A DNA stretch of 64,000 nt from Candidatus Culexarchaeum yellowstonense (GCA_024707015.1 JANGFR010000002.1:74007-138006); one strand, 5' to 3'. Positions 30,109 to 40,324 are shown, counted from the first letter of the stretch. Numbers and translations are program-made. Notes: a model not told the origin generated them from the sequence alone.

Positions 30109-30690
30109 GTGAATGATATGGAGTTGGAGAAGATTGATTTGGATAAATTCTATTTGATATTGCATCCAAGACCAGCATATGTTATAGGTTCTGGGAAGTT
30201 TGGTGAGAAAGTGAATTTCATGGCTGCAAGCTGGGTTACACCCATGGGTGAAGAACCCCCACTAGTCTGCGTAGCCATAGGTAAGGGGAGTTTGACCAAT
30301 GAATTGATACGTGAGTATAGGCAGTTTTCAGTGAACATACTTCCAATAGATAGAGTCAACGAACTATACACAGTTGGAACTGTTAGTGGTAGGGAGATGG
30401 ATAAAACCAAGATATTGAAGGCTGTGGAGGGTGATGAATTAACAGTTCCAATAGTTGAAGATGCCATAGCAGTCCTCGAATGTGAATTATGGGATAAAGT
30501 TGAATCAAATGATGTCACACTATTTATAGGGCAAGTTGTAAATGCAAAGGCAAACCCAAAATACTTCAACCAGAAAACGGGATGGAATATTAGGGATAAC
30601 CCAGTACCATTACACAATTGGGGTAAAGGCTTCCATAGAGTAGGCCAATTCATAATGGCAAAAACACTAGAGAAACATGAAACAAAATGA
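30109..30690 (+). CDS. Flavin reductase-like FMN-binding domain protein
   Basis: HPRPAYVIGSG...NFMAASWVTPMGEEPPLVCVAIG follows the flavin-reductase split-barrel pattern (NxMTxSWxxPxSxxPPxV). 193 aa. Confidence 0.8.
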   Translation: MNDMELEKIDLDKFYLILHPRPAYVIGSGKFGEKVNFMAASWVTPMGEEPPLVCVAIGKGSLTNELIREYRQFSVNILPIDRVNELYTVGTVSGREMDKTKILKAVEGDELTVPIVEDAIAVLECELWDKVESNDVTLFIGQVVNAKANPKYFNQKTGWNIRDNPVPLHNWGKGFHRVGQFIMAKTLEKHETK

Positions 30691-30724
30691 TTAAAGAAAT
30701 ATTGCAGTAAAAACAATTTCACTT

Positions 30725-31705
30725 TCAATTTATTTTGAAAACTTTAATGGCATTCTCCCCCAGAATCATCTTCTCTTCTTCCCCGCTTACCCCCAACTGC
30801 TTCACTCTCCAAACAGCATTTTCAATATCAGTTATTTGGTGTGGGAAATCTGTTCCAAGCATTATTTTATTGGCACCGAGAAACGCACATGAAAACTTTA
30901 ATATATTGTTGTTGTAGCATATGGAGTCAAAATATATATTTTTGAGATATGCTGATGCTGGCTTATTAATAACCTTCTTAGCTTCAGGGTATGCCTGAAT
31001 ACAAGTATCTATTCTACCAATAATGTATGGTAAAACCCCTCCAAGATGTGCAACAACAATCTTCAGTGAAGGAAACCTCTCCATAACTCCACTTAAAATT
31101 AACCTTAAAACTGCTAAGCTGGTGTCCACTGGAAAACCGAACATTGGCACAATCCTATAATCCTCCATGAACTTGAAGTTTATTGGGGATGTGGGATGTA
31201 TGAATAATGGGAAACCCAGCCTTTCAGCTTCACCATATATGGGCCAGAATTCCCTTGAATCAAGAGGTTTACCATTAATGTTTGAGAATATTATGGCACC
31301 ATTCAGCCCCAAATCCAAAATTGCCCTCCTAAATTCCTCCAAAGCCATTTCTGGGGATTGCAATGGTAAGATTGCAAGAGCCCTAAACCTATCCGGATAC
31401 TTTTCAACAATCTCTGAAAACGAATCATTAACTATTTTAGCCAATTTAACCCCCCTATCCACAGGTTCCCTTTCAACGCCAGGAGTGGTTAAAGTTAGTA
31501 TTTGCATATCTATACCATACTTATCCATAACCTTAATCCTCTCCAAGACATCAATGTGCGGTTTAACCACCACATTGTAATCCCCCTCATACCTTATGAT
31601 CAAATTTCCATGCTCATTGAAGTCGATGGATGCGTAGCCTCCACCAATCTTCAATTCTTCAATATATTGTGGTGGGTAGAAGTGATTGTGAACATCAATG
31701 TTCAT
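30725..31705 (-). CDS. Amidohydrolase-2 family (ACMSD-like metal-dependent hydrolase/decarboxylase)
   Basis: N-terminal IDVHNHFYP metal site and later HLGG and TDFPH ligands. 326 aa. Confidence 0.75.
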   Translation of the reverse strand: MNIDVHNHFYPPQYIEELKIGGGYASIDFNEHGNLIIRYEGDYNVVVKPHIDVLERIKVMDKYGIDMQILTLTTPGVEREPVDRGVKLAKIVNDSFSEIVEKYPDRFRALAILPLQSPEMALEEFRRAILDLGLNGAIIFSNINGKPLDSREFWPIYGEAERLGFPLFIHPTSPINFKFMEDYRIVPMFGFPVDTSLAVLRLILSGVMERFPSLKIVVAHLGGVLPYIIGRIDTCIQAYPEAKKVINKPASAYLKNIYFDSICYNNNILKFSCAFLGANKIMLGTDFPHQITDIENAVWRVKQLGVSGEEEKMILGENAIKVFKIN

Positions 31706-31730
31706 TTCAACTCAACCCATAATCTATAAA

Positions 31731-33086
31731 TTATATTCTCCCCATCATATCAATTATCTTAACTATATGTTTAATGCCAAGCTTGAAATCTTCCAATCTT
31801 ATATTCTCGTTTGGCGAGTGGTTGTTGGATTCATGATATCCCACGCCCACGGAGATCATTGGTATTTTAAGCTCATTTACGAAGAGATACATTGGACCAC
31901 TACCAGAGGATATTGGGTAGACTATGGGCTCTAAACCATAAATCTCCCTTGCCGAAGATAAAGCCACTTTAACTATCTCAGCTTTCAAATCAGTTTTTGC
32001 AGCTTCATACCCAGATAATAGTGAGACTTCAATATCGTTGAAACCATACTTATCCATATGCCTCTTAAGCTTCTCCAAAAGACTTTGACAAGTTAATCCA
32101 GGTGGAAGTCTGAAATCCACTTTAGCCATGGCATGGCTTGGTATTATCGTCTTTGAACCTTGACCAATGTATCCTGAATACAGCCCATCAATATTGCAAG
32201 TTGGATTGAATAGCATGGATTTTAAAGCTTCAAACCCCCTAATGCCACCCACAAACCCCCTTATACCAAGCCTCTTGATAATCTCTTCATCATTGAATGG
32301 TATGCTCTTTAAAAGCTCCTCATCCTCCCTCTCAACTGGCTTTAGATCGTCATAGAACCCATCTATCAATATCCTACCATCATCACTACGCAAACTATTC
32401 AAGAAGTATATGAGCCTCCAAGCGGGGTTAGGTATGATGGCAGCTTCACCACTATGAACATCCACCCTCGGACCCTTCACCCTAAATTCAAAGTATGCAA
32501 TACCCCTAACACCCAATGTAATAACTGGACGGCCACTCACATCCCTATAACCAAACTCCCATATACCAGCATCCGCTGAAAACATGTTACCATAACTCTT
32601 AACATAGCTTGGAAGTGAGGGGCTTCCAATCTCCTCCTCCCCCTCAACAACAAATTTAACTGCTATGGGTAAGTCGCCAAAAACATTCAACATGGACTCC
32701 ACAGCCTTCAATCTTGCAATTATATTCCCCTTATTATCCGCAACACCCCTAGCAAATATCTTCCCATCCCTTATACTTGGCTCAAATGGCGGTGTCACCC
32801 ACAAATCCAGTGGATCTGGCGGCTGAACGTCATAATGATTATAGAATAGTAGCGTCTTCTTGTAGGATCTAGGCTTATACTCCGCATATAATAGTGGATT
32901 ACCCTTATCCACGTTCAAAACCCTAACGTTTAAACCAGCATCCTCAAACATAACCCTAAGCTTATCCACAGCCTCCACTATACCAACATTCTGAGCTGCA
33001 ATGGATGGAATCCTACAAATCTCCCTCAAATCAGATATGAACTTCTCAAAATTCTCATCAATATAATTGAAAACCGTGTTAAGCAT
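31731..33086 (-). CDS. M20 family metallopeptidase (dipeptidase / ArgE-DapE-like)
   Basis: HYDVQPP metal-binding motif, GVADNKG, a dimerisation-domain insert and C-terminal HSPNE. 451 aa. Confidence 0.8.
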   Translation of the reverse strand: MLNTVFNYIDENFEKFISDLREICRIPSIAAQNVGIVEAVDKLRVMFEDAGLNVRVLNVDKGNPLLYAEYKPRSYKKTLLFYNHYDVQPPDPLDLWVTPPFEPSIRDGKIFARGVADNKGNIIARLKAVESMLNVFGDLPIAVKFVVEGEEEIGSPSLPSYVKSYGNMFSADAGIWEFGYRDVSGRPVITLGVRGIAYFEFRVKGPRVDVHSGEAAIIPNPAWRLIYFLNSLRSDDGRILIDGFYDDLKPVEREDEELLKSIPFNDEEIIKRLGIRGFVGGIRGFEALKSMLFNPTCNIDGLYSGYIGQGSKTIIPSHAMAKVDFRLPPGLTCQSLLEKLKRHMDKYGFNDIEVSLLSGYEAAKTDLKAEIVKVALSSAREIYGLEPIVYPISSGSGPMYLFVNELKIPMISVGVGYHESNNHSPNENIRLEDFKLGIKHIVKIIDMMGRI

Positions 33087-33127
33087 GAAAATATTTTGAA
33101 ATAAATAGTTTTTAAAGGTTTGGTAGC

Positions 33128-34279
33128 TTATGGTGTTATGGAACGCTTAAAGTTGGTTAGAGATCTACATCCATCCTCAGTGCACACCACAGTATCCTCT
33201 ATTCTAACCCCAAACTCACCCTTCAAATATATTCCAGGCTCCACTGTGAAAACCATACCAGGCTTCAATTCCAGCCCACTCCCCTTAACGAGGTATGGCG
33301 GTTCATGAACTTGCAATCCAACTCCATGACCAAGCCTATGCGTAAAGTACTTACCAAAACCTTCACCTTCAATAATACTCCTAGCAAAGAAATCAGCTTC
33401 ACCACATGTTACGCCAGGTTTAATTTTGCCAATAGCATACCTATTAGCCCTATAGACTATATCCCAAACTTTACTCTGAAATTCACTGGGTGAACCAAAA
33501 ACTACGGTTCTAGTTATGTCTGAGAAGTATCCATTAACAGAGCAACCAGCATCTATTAAAACAACATCCCCCCTCCTCAACTTTGAAATTCCAGAGTATC
33601 CATGAGGGAGAGCCGACTTTGCTCCAAATAGGACTGTGGAGAATTGCGGTGTAGCTCCAAGCTCCCTCATCTTAGATGCACAAATATGGCTTAACTCAAG
33701 CTCAGTAACACCTTCAGATAGGCTTTGAAAGACTGTTTCAACAGCCTTATCAGATATTTCACATGCCCTCCTAATATTCTCCAATTCCCATTCACTCTTA
33801 ATCATCCTCATACCATAAACCATGCTGGAGACATCTATGAAGTGTACTCCATTAAGCTTTGATTGAAGCCTGTTAACCCACCCCCAAGGGGCATCTTCAC
33901 ATAAACCTATAACGCCAAATCTAGGTTTACACTCAACAATAAGCTTAGACAATATTTCAATGGCATCTTCATCCTCATCCCAAACCTCAATCCTACTTAT
34001 CCATGTACGTTGCCCCCTAAGCTCCTCCTCAAGCTTTGGAACCAAAATAAATGAATCCTCATTAGCACATATGTAGGCAGCTGTAAGCCTCTCGGACAAA
34101 CCAATACTTACACCAGTGAAGTAGTATAGATTTGCACCTGGAAATAGTAGGAGGCCATCAATACCCTCACCCTCAAGCTTCCCAACAATCTCATCGCACC
34201 TCGCCTTAAAAAGGTCAATCAAGTACACCACCAAAAACAAATATTTAACATTAAAAATAGAAATAGCTTTCCAAACCAA
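33128..34279 (-). CDS. M24 family Xaa-Pro aminopeptidase/prolidase
   Basis: Pita-bread metal ligands (DAGCSVNGYFSD, HRLGHGVGLQVHE, TVEPGIY, RIEDTV). The first ~25 aa of the ORF are probably upstream of the true start. Confidence 0.8.
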   Translation of the reverse strand: MVWKAISIFNVKYLFLVVYLIDLFKARCDEIVGKLEGEGIDGLLLFPGANLYYFTGVSIGLSERLTAAYICANEDSFILVPKLEEELRGQRTWISRIEVWDEDEDAIEILSKLIVECKPRFGVIGLCEDAPWGWVNRLQSKLNGVHFIDVSSMVYGMRMIKSEWELENIRRACEISDKAVETVFQSLSEGVTELELSHICASKMRELGATPQFSTVLFGAKSALPHGYSGISKLRRGDVVLIDAGCSVNGYFSDITRTVVFGSPSEFQSKVWDIVYRANRYAIGKIKPGVTCGEADFFARSIIEGEGFGKYFTHRLGHGVGLQVHEPPYLVKGSGLELKPGMVFTVEPGIYLKGEFGVRIEDTVVCTEDGCRSLTNFKRSITP

Positions 34280-34328
34280 AACCCTTAAATAAAAGCGTAT
34301 AGGGGTTAAATTGAGGTGAACTCGAAAT

Positions 34329-34769
34329 ATGAGCTATGAGGAAGAGGGCCTGTCGAAGATAGAGCAACTGAAGCCAAACACCAGAAGCGTAAACCTAATG
34401 GTTAAAGTGGCATCGAAGGGCGAACCCAGAATGGTTAGTGGCGGAGCACACAGAGTAGCAGACATACTAGTTGGAGACGAAACTGGAGCAATATACCTAA
34501 CACTATGGGATGACGCCATAGACAGAGTAGATGAGGGAATGGTAATAAAGATAAAGAATGGATTCGTAAGCCTATTCAGAGGTAGCATGAGGTTAAATGT
34601 TGGAAGATATGGAAGCTTCGAAACAGTGGAAAATGCACCAGAAATGGAAGTAAACACGGAAAACAACCTCTCACTCGTACAATACGAGCAGGAAGAGAGG
34701 AGGGAAAGTAGATTTAGTAGAGGGAGATCAGGCCCTAGAAGATTTGAGGGGAGAAGACCTAGAAGATAG
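34329..34769 (+). CDS. ssb: Single-stranded DNA-binding protein, crenarchaeal type (single OB fold plus flexible acidic/basic tail)
   Basis: IEQLKPNTRSVNLMVKV...ADILVGDETGAIYLTLWDD...MRLNVGRYGSFE parallels Sulfolobus SSB (NLKPNMESVNVTVRVL...EAIVGDETGRVKLTLWG...QLNIGKYGSIE). R/E-rich C-terminal tail. Confidence 0.8.
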   Translation: MSYEEEGLSKIEQLKPNTRSVNLMVKVASKGEPRMVSGGAHRVADILVGDETGAIYLTLWDDAIDRVDEGMVIKIKNGFVSLFRGSMRLNVGRYGSFETVENAPEMEVNTENNLSLVQYEQEERRESRFSRGRSGPRRFEGRRPRR

Positions 34770-34905
34770 ATGGATGGAAAATAGAAGATAAATAGGGTAA
34801 GAGGAGTAGAGTTGGTTTTTTGAACTAAATTTTTATGTGAAAATATGGGAAACCCAGAAATAAGTAAATTTTTATCCGAGAAAAGCCAATCATAAAATTG
34901 AAGGA

Positions 34906-36345
34906 ATGTCAACGGAAAACATCATACTTATAAGAACAATTTTCGGAAGCCCAATAATAAGATTTCTATCAACACATGAGTATAATGGTAGATCACTATT
35001 AAACCATGCATTAACAATATACTCTGGGGAGGAGGAAGCAGGAAATTTAACTCTAAAAATAGCTTCATCAATAATCTCCGAAATTATAAGCTTAGGAGCA
35101 AAAGTAATGAAGGTAAATGAGGGGGAAGCTAAAAAGCTATTCAAGAATAAAGCGTTGAGGAGGGGGCTAGAAGTAATTTTGAGGAGCCTAGGGAAATATG
35201 GGGTAACTGTACCACAAAAGCTGGATTCACCATTCCTAGTGGTATGGAACTTCACAAACCTATGCAACCTTAAATGCAAACACTGCTACCAGAATGCATC
35301 ATCAATAATGGAGGGGGAATTGACACTCGAAGAGAAGATGGATGCATTGAGGCAACTGGAGGAGGCAGGGGTATCGGCAATAGCCTTCTCAGGGGGAGAA
35401 CCACTCATACACCCACACTTCTTCCAAGTGGCCAAGGAAGCTGTGAATAGAGGATTCTACACTGCAGTGGCAACCAATGGAACTACAATAACAGATGAAG
35501 CTGCAAAGAAGATGAGGGAGATTGGGATAAACTATGTTGAAGTAAGCTTAGACTCAGCAAACCCAGCTAAACATGATGAATTTAGAGGGGTTAATGGAGC
35601 ATGGAAGAAGGCTGTGGAGGGAATAAAGAATTGCGTGAAGAACGAGATATTCACTGGAATAGCTGTAACAGCCGTAAAGAGGAATTATGGGGAATGTAGG
35701 GAGATAATTAGTTTAGCAAGGGATTTAGGTGTAAAGAGGGTGATATTCTTCAATTTCATACCAGTGGGGAGGGGGGAATGGATAGTTAAGGAGGATTTAG
35801 ATCCATGGGAGAGGGAAGAATTCCTAACAATACTATATGAGGCAATGAAGGATTATGGTATAGAAGTCCTCTCCACAGCCCCTCAATATGCTAGAGTTGT
35901 AATTCAAAAGTCGCATGGAACATACGTAAGCCCAGTACACTTCTATACAGGTCCAGCAGTAGCTGGACTCAACTATTTGGCTGAATTCATCGGTGGATGT
36001 GGTGCTGGAAGAATATATTGTGCACTACAACCAAATGGAGATGTAACTCCATGCGTCTTCATACCAGACATAATCCTTGGAAACATTAGGGAGAAGAGGT
36101 TTAGGGATATATGGAATAATACGCCAATACTATCAGCCTTCCAAAGCAAAGACATTTTAAGGGAGAATTGCGGTAAATGTAGCTTTAGATATATTTGTGG
36201 TGGATGTAGAGCAAGGGCATACGCATACTTCAAAGACATATTAGCACCAGATCCAGGATGCATATACAACTCTGAACAATACGAGAACATCCTGAGGGAA
36301 ATGCATATAACCGTTGAAGGTAAAGTGAAGGTTCATGCAAATTAA
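34906..36345 (+). CDS. Radical SAM / SPASM-domain protein with a ~100-aa N-terminal extension
   Basis: CNLKCKHC is a Cx3Cx2C radical SAM motif, with GGEPL for SAM binding. The C-terminal Cys-rich SPASM-like region is CGAGRIYC...PC...CGKCSFRYICGGC. 479 aa. Confidence 0.8.
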   Translation: MSTENIILIRTIFGSPIIRFLSTHEYNGRSLLNHALTIYSGEEEAGNLTLKIASSIISEIISLGAKVMKVNEGEAKKLFKNKALRRGLEVILRSLGKYGVTVPQKLDSPFLVVWNFTNLCNLKCKHCYQNASSIMEGELTLEEKMDALRQLEEAGVSAIAFSGGEPLIHPHFFQVAKEAVNRGFYTAVATNGTTITDEAAKKMREIGINYVEVSLDSANPAKHDEFRGVNGAWKKAVEGIKNCVKNEIFTGIAVTAVKRNYGECREIISLARDLGVKRVIFFNFIPVGRGEWIVKEDLDPWEREEFLTILYEAMKDYGIEVLSTAPQYARVVIQKSHGTYVSPVHFYTGPAVAGLNYLAEFIGGCGAGRIYCALQPNGDVTPCVFIPDIILGNIREKRFRDIWNNTPILSAFQSKDILRENCGKCSFRYICGGCRARAYAYFKDILAPDPGCIYNSEQYENILREMHITVEGKVKVHAN

Positions 36346-37415
36346 ATTAACTTCATAACTGGAGCTTTCCCTAAGAAGCCTAAATCAGCAACATCACCAT
36401 AACCACCATCACTCAAAACAACCCTAATCCCATTAGGCCTATACTTAACACTTAAAGTTGAGTAAACGTCTAGGAGGAATCTGGTGAGGAGATCATCATC
36501 CATTCTTGGAAGAACAGCCATATCAAACCCTGCAACACAAATGGAGGAATATCGCAGTAGATCGTAAGCTGAAAGCTTACCCTCAAAACCCAATTGCATA
36601 AGCTTCGAATCCTCAGCATATGGAAGCATGAGTTCATTAAACCCAATGGAAGAAGGCTCCATTGAAGCAGCATGCCTCAAAACCCCATTAACATCATAAA
36701 TGGATTTCAAAGTTCCAACATCCCCAAACCTAACATTACCAAAAACCTCCAAGAGATCAACAACACTCTCATCCATCCATGGAGATATGGATAAATCCAA
36801 ACCCACCAATGGAAACTTGAAGTACTCAGCCAAATACGTTATAAACCCCTTAACACGCTTAACACAATCCAAAATGGTATTCAACATTGGAACACCATTA
36901 TTCAAACCCTCAATCAAAGTTTTAACATATAGTAGTGAAGCTGAAAGCATCGGACTACTTCCAGCGGAAGCCGATGGGAAATATGGCGTAATAATGTTTC
37001 CACCCACTGAAAATGAAACCTTCACGAAAGCCTCCAATGGAAGCTTCCTCCTAATAGTTATCAACAAATCCCTAAACACTCTAAGCTGATCCAAACCCCC
37101 ATACAAGGATATGAATAGCTTATCAAAATCCCCAAGCAAATCTGCAACATAATTCACATTTAGAGATGAATTACACATTAATGGAATTGCATAATAATTG
37201 AATGGCTCAGAAACATCATCTAAAAACTCCACTAATTCAGGCAGATTCCTAAAACTCTGCGGATCAACAGCCAACCTAAAAGTCCAAACATCCAAACCAA
37301 AACTTTTAGAAGCTTCACCAACAACATCCCGTACAAATCCGGAAATTGCAGAGAAATCCTTTAGAGATTTCGATGGAATGAGGAAAGTTAAACTCCTAAC
37401 CCTCAAACAAACCAC
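36342..37415 (-). CDS. Hypothetical protein
   Basis: 357 aa, soluble, no motif recognised. Convergent with the radical SAM gene and overlaps it by 4 nt. Confidence 0.4.
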   Translation of the reverse strand: MVCLRVRSLTFLIPSKSLKDFSAISGFVRDVVGEASKSFGLDVWTFRLAVDPQSFRNLPELVEFLDDVSEPFNYYAIPLMCNSSLNVNYVADLLGDFDKLFISLYGGLDQLRVFRDLLITIRRKLPLEAFVKVSFSVGGNIITPYFPSASAGSSPMLSASLLYVKTLIEGLNNGVPMLNTILDCVKRVKGFITYLAEYFKFPLVGLDLSISPWMDESVVDLLEVFGNVRFGDVGTLKSIYDVNGVLRHAASMEPSSIGFNELMLPYAEDSKLMQLGFEGKLSAYDLLRYSSICVAGFDMAVLPRMDDDLLTRFLLDVYSTLSVKYRPNGIRVVLSDGGYGDVADLGFLGKAPVMKLI

Positions 37416-37503
37416 AAAATAAAATCCTCAACAAAATTAAAAAGAGTTGCTAAACGAAAGCGATAAAAAGAGTGAAAGACAACCTATAACATGAGGACCC
37501 AAA

Positions 37504-38940
37504 ATGACAACAATGACAAAGGAAAAGGAGTATGCTTTAAGCATTATTGATAAGTATGAGGGGCGTTTTGTTGAGGTTTCTGATTTGGTTTGGGAGTTTG
37601 CTGAGCTTGGTCTTGTGGAGTTTAAGTCCTCTAGTCTATTGGCTGATGAGTTGGAGAAGCATGGTTTTAGAGTTATACGTGGCATTGCTGGTATGCCAAC
37701 AGCCTTCGTAGCAGAATGGGGAAGTGGAAAACCAGTAATTGCAATTTTAGGCGAATATGATGCATTACCAGGATTATCCCAAAAGAAAGTCCCTTGGAAA
37801 GAGCCTTTGGTTGAGGGTGCTCCTGGTCATGGTTGTGGTCATAATATTCATGGTGTTAGTGGTTTGGCTGCAGCTATTGCCGTTAGGTATGCCATGGAGA
37901 AGTTTGGTATTAAGGGGACTATTAGATTCTATGGGTGTCCAGCAGAGGAAAACTTCAGCGGAAAACTATTCATGGCTAGAGATGAATATTTCGACGATAT
38001 CGATGCATCAATAAGCCACCACCCAAGCACAATGAATGGAGCAACATTAATGAGTAGCCTAGCAATAAACTCTGCCAAATTCCATTTTTATGGTAGGGCT
38101 TCTCATGCTGGTGGTAGTCCTGAGGCTGGTAGGAGTGCTCTTGATGCTGTTGAGCTTATGAATATTGGCGTCAACTATATGCGTGAACACGTTATTCAGG
38201 ATGCTAGGATTCACTATGTGATAGAGAAGGGTGGGGATCAGCCTAATATTGTGCCTCCATATGCTAGGAGTTGGTATTATGTTAGGGCTCCTGAGAGGGA
38301 GCAAGTTGAGGAAATCTATAATTGGATCCTAGACATAGCTAAGGGAGCAGCACTAATGACACAAACACAACACAAAGTGGAGTTAATAGAGGGATTGCAT
38401 AACACAATACCAAATAGAACCATCGCTGAAACCATAGTTAAAAACATGAGGCTGATTGGCCTGCCAAAGTATAGTGATGAAGACATAAAATTTGCACAAG
38501 AAATTGCTAAAACTATAAGTTTGGAGGAGAAGATAAAACAGCTTAAGAAGTCTAAGAGGCCTGGATGGGAGAATCTCATCGATAAATTGATGGATGACGA
38601 GATACCAGACCCATGGGGTGAAGGGGAAATCAGCCATGGCTCTACAGATGTGGCAGAAGTAAGTTGGAAGGCTCCGACTGTGGAATTTGGAACAGCAACA
38701 TGGGTTCTTGGTACGCCTGGACATTCATGGCAGAATGTTGCTCAAAGCGGTGTTGGCCTAGGACATAAATCATTAATATTTGCAGCAAAAACGATGGCTG
38801 CAACAGCATTAGACCTACTAACAACACCTGAACTACTCCAAAAAGCGAAGGAAGAGCATGCCAAGAGACTTAGGGGTAGGAAGTATAAACCTCCAATACC
38901 ACCAGACCATAAACCACCACTAGACGCATGGAAAAAGTAA
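37504..38940 (+). CDS. M20D-family amidohydrolase (aminobenzoyl-glutamate hydrolase subunit B / hippurate hydrolase-like)
   Basis: GHGCGHN metal-binding motif, CPAEE, SHHPS and the overall AbgB-like length (478 aa). Confidence 0.8.
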   Translation: MTTMTKEKEYALSIIDKYEGRFVEVSDLVWEFAELGLVEFKSSSLLADELEKHGFRVIRGIAGMPTAFVAEWGSGKPVIAILGEYDALPGLSQKKVPWKEPLVEGAPGHGCGHNIHGVSGLAAAIAVRYAMEKFGIKGTIRFYGCPAEENFSGKLFMARDEYFDDIDASISHHPSTMNGATLMSSLAINSAKFHFYGRASHAGGSPEAGRSALDAVELMNIGVNYMREHVIQDARIHYVIEKGGDQPNIVPPYARSWYYVRAPEREQVEEIYNWILDIAKGAALMTQTQHKVELIEGLHNTIPNRTIAETIVKNMRLIGLPKYSDEDIKFAQEIAKTISLEEKIKQLKKSKRPGWENLIDKLMDDEIPDPWGEGEISHGSTDVAEVSWKAPTVEFGTATWVLGTPGHSWQNVAQSGVGLGHKSLIFAAKTMAATALDLLTTPELLQKAKEEHAKRLRGRKYKPPIPPDHKPPLDAWKK

Positions 38941-38962
38941 AACATAAAATAAACTCTCAACC

Positions 38963-38970
38963 TTTTTTCT
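38963..38970 (+). terminator. T6 tract (TTTTTTCT) 23 nt after the amidohydrolase stop, in a convergent intergenic region
   Basis: Oligo-T immediately downstream of the stop at 38940. Confidence 0.3.
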
Positions 38971-38995
38971 CCATAAAGCTCATGAATATACCTTG

Positions 38996-39991
38996 TTAAA
39001 ATTCTTTTCCATGGTTAAGTATGTGTTTTAATTGTAATTTTATTTTCCATAAATCCATTAAAGCCATGTCTATTGTTGGATAGTTGTATATGGTTTCACC
39101 TGGAGACTCATTGTAGAATGGTCTATTGCAGTCTGGACACCCAGACGTTTTGAATGGTTCACCACTTTCAACAACCCTAGCCAATAGGGTTTTATCGATG
39201 TTTATTGCTTTAAGCCTCCCAGAATCATCAAATTCAAAGTTATCCATGTTTGCCATATTGTGTTTTATTAGGTAATGAGCTAACTGTACGGCTCTATATG
39301 ATGATATATCTGGTTTCGGATGATTTTCCATGGATGTACCCTCCATTGGTGTGAATGCGAATAGACCAACATTAATCTTAGACTCGTATAGTCTATTAAT
39401 CATGGATATGAATTCTTTATCGGATCCGCCTAAACCATAGATTAAGTGTATTGAAACCTTATATGGACCCATAATTTCCGCAGCCTTCAAAACCATATTC
39501 ATAGTTTTACTCCAAGAGAAAGTCTTCTTCACTTCCCTAAATACCATTTCAGATGCAGCATCAACCCCTATCCCAATCCTATCAACACCACAATTCTTTA
39601 AGAGGATAATATCATCAATACTTCTAGGATGTATTGAACCCGATATTGGCAGATTCGTGACTCTCCTTATACTTGAAACTATGTTTGCAGTATCTTCAAC
39701 GTATCCTTGGTATATTAGGGTTTGAATGCATATCCGTCTAAATCCATTAGCATGTTCAATTGCATTTAGAACATCATTGAATTTGAATTTTGGCCAAGTA
39801 ACTCTGGATAAGTATTCTGGGTCGGACTTGCTACCCATAGCTTGAGTACAAAATGCGCAATTAGCCATACACCTACCATCAGCAAAGGTCATGAGGTACG
39901 CTGTTGTGGGTTCAGCTAAAACCCTAATTCTCAGTAAACCCAGTTTAGCAGCGGTACCAATGGATACCCTAATATAATCCAGCAATACCAA
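38996..39991 (-). CDS. Radical SAM protein, BioB/LipS-like (candidate archaeal lipoyl synthase component)
   Basis: CMANCAFC is a Cx3Cx2C motif near the N-terminus, with a TIM-barrel-length body (331 aa) and extra C-terminal Cys (CPDC). Lies immediately upstream of an LplA C-terminal-domain gene with a 9-nt gap. Confidence 0.65.
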   Translation of the reverse strand: MVLLDYIRVSIGTAAKLGLLRIRVLAEPTTAYLMTFADGRCMANCAFCTQAMGSKSDPEYLSRVTWPKFKFNDVLNAIEHANGFRRICIQTLIYQGYVEDTANIVSSIRRVTNLPISGSIHPRSIDDIILLKNCGVDRIGIGVDAASEMVFREVKKTFSWSKTMNMVLKAAEIMGPYKVSIHLIYGLGGSDKEFISMINRLYESKINVGLFAFTPMEGTSMENHPKPDISSYRAVQLAHYLIKHNMANMDNFEFDDSGRLKAINIDKTLLARVVESGEPFKTSGCPDCNRPFYNESPGETIYNYPTIDMALMDLWKIKLQLKHILNHGKEF

Positions 39992-40000
39992 TGTACACCT

Positions 40001-40279
40001 CTACCCTTCAGGTTTAGCTGAAAGTATTGCATTAACAATATCTCTGGCAGTCATCATGGGAAACTCCACAGACCCCTCTGAGAGAAATTTTGAAATCCTC
40101 CCATCCAACTCAACAGCATCCAATTTTGCACCGACCAATGCATTCTCCAACCCTCTAATAGCATCCTCCGGATACATGAAGAAATCACCAGTAATCCTAA
40201 TACTTTTTATAATGCCATTATCAACCTCCATGGAAACTTTAATTAGTTTCGTAGCTTTATAAACTCCTTTAAACTTCAA
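40001..40279 (-). CDS. Lipoate-protein ligase A C-terminal domain protein (LplB-like, stand-alone)
   Basis: 92 aa. LIKVSMEVDNGIIKSIRITGDFFMYPEDAIRGLENALVGAKLD matches the LplA C-domain pattern (xGxIrvxvxVxdGxIxdIxisGDFfxxPxeaixxlEexLxG), as split out in archaeal LplA-N/LplA-C systems. Confidence 0.55.
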   Translation of the reverse strand: MKFKGVYKATKLIKVSMEVDNGIIKSIRITGDFFMYPEDAIRGLENALVGAKLDAVELDGRISKFLSEGSVEFPMMTARDIVNAILSAKPEG

Positions 40280-40324
40280 TGGGGGACACCATAAAAAGAT
40301 TTGAGGGGGAGTATATGAAGCTTA

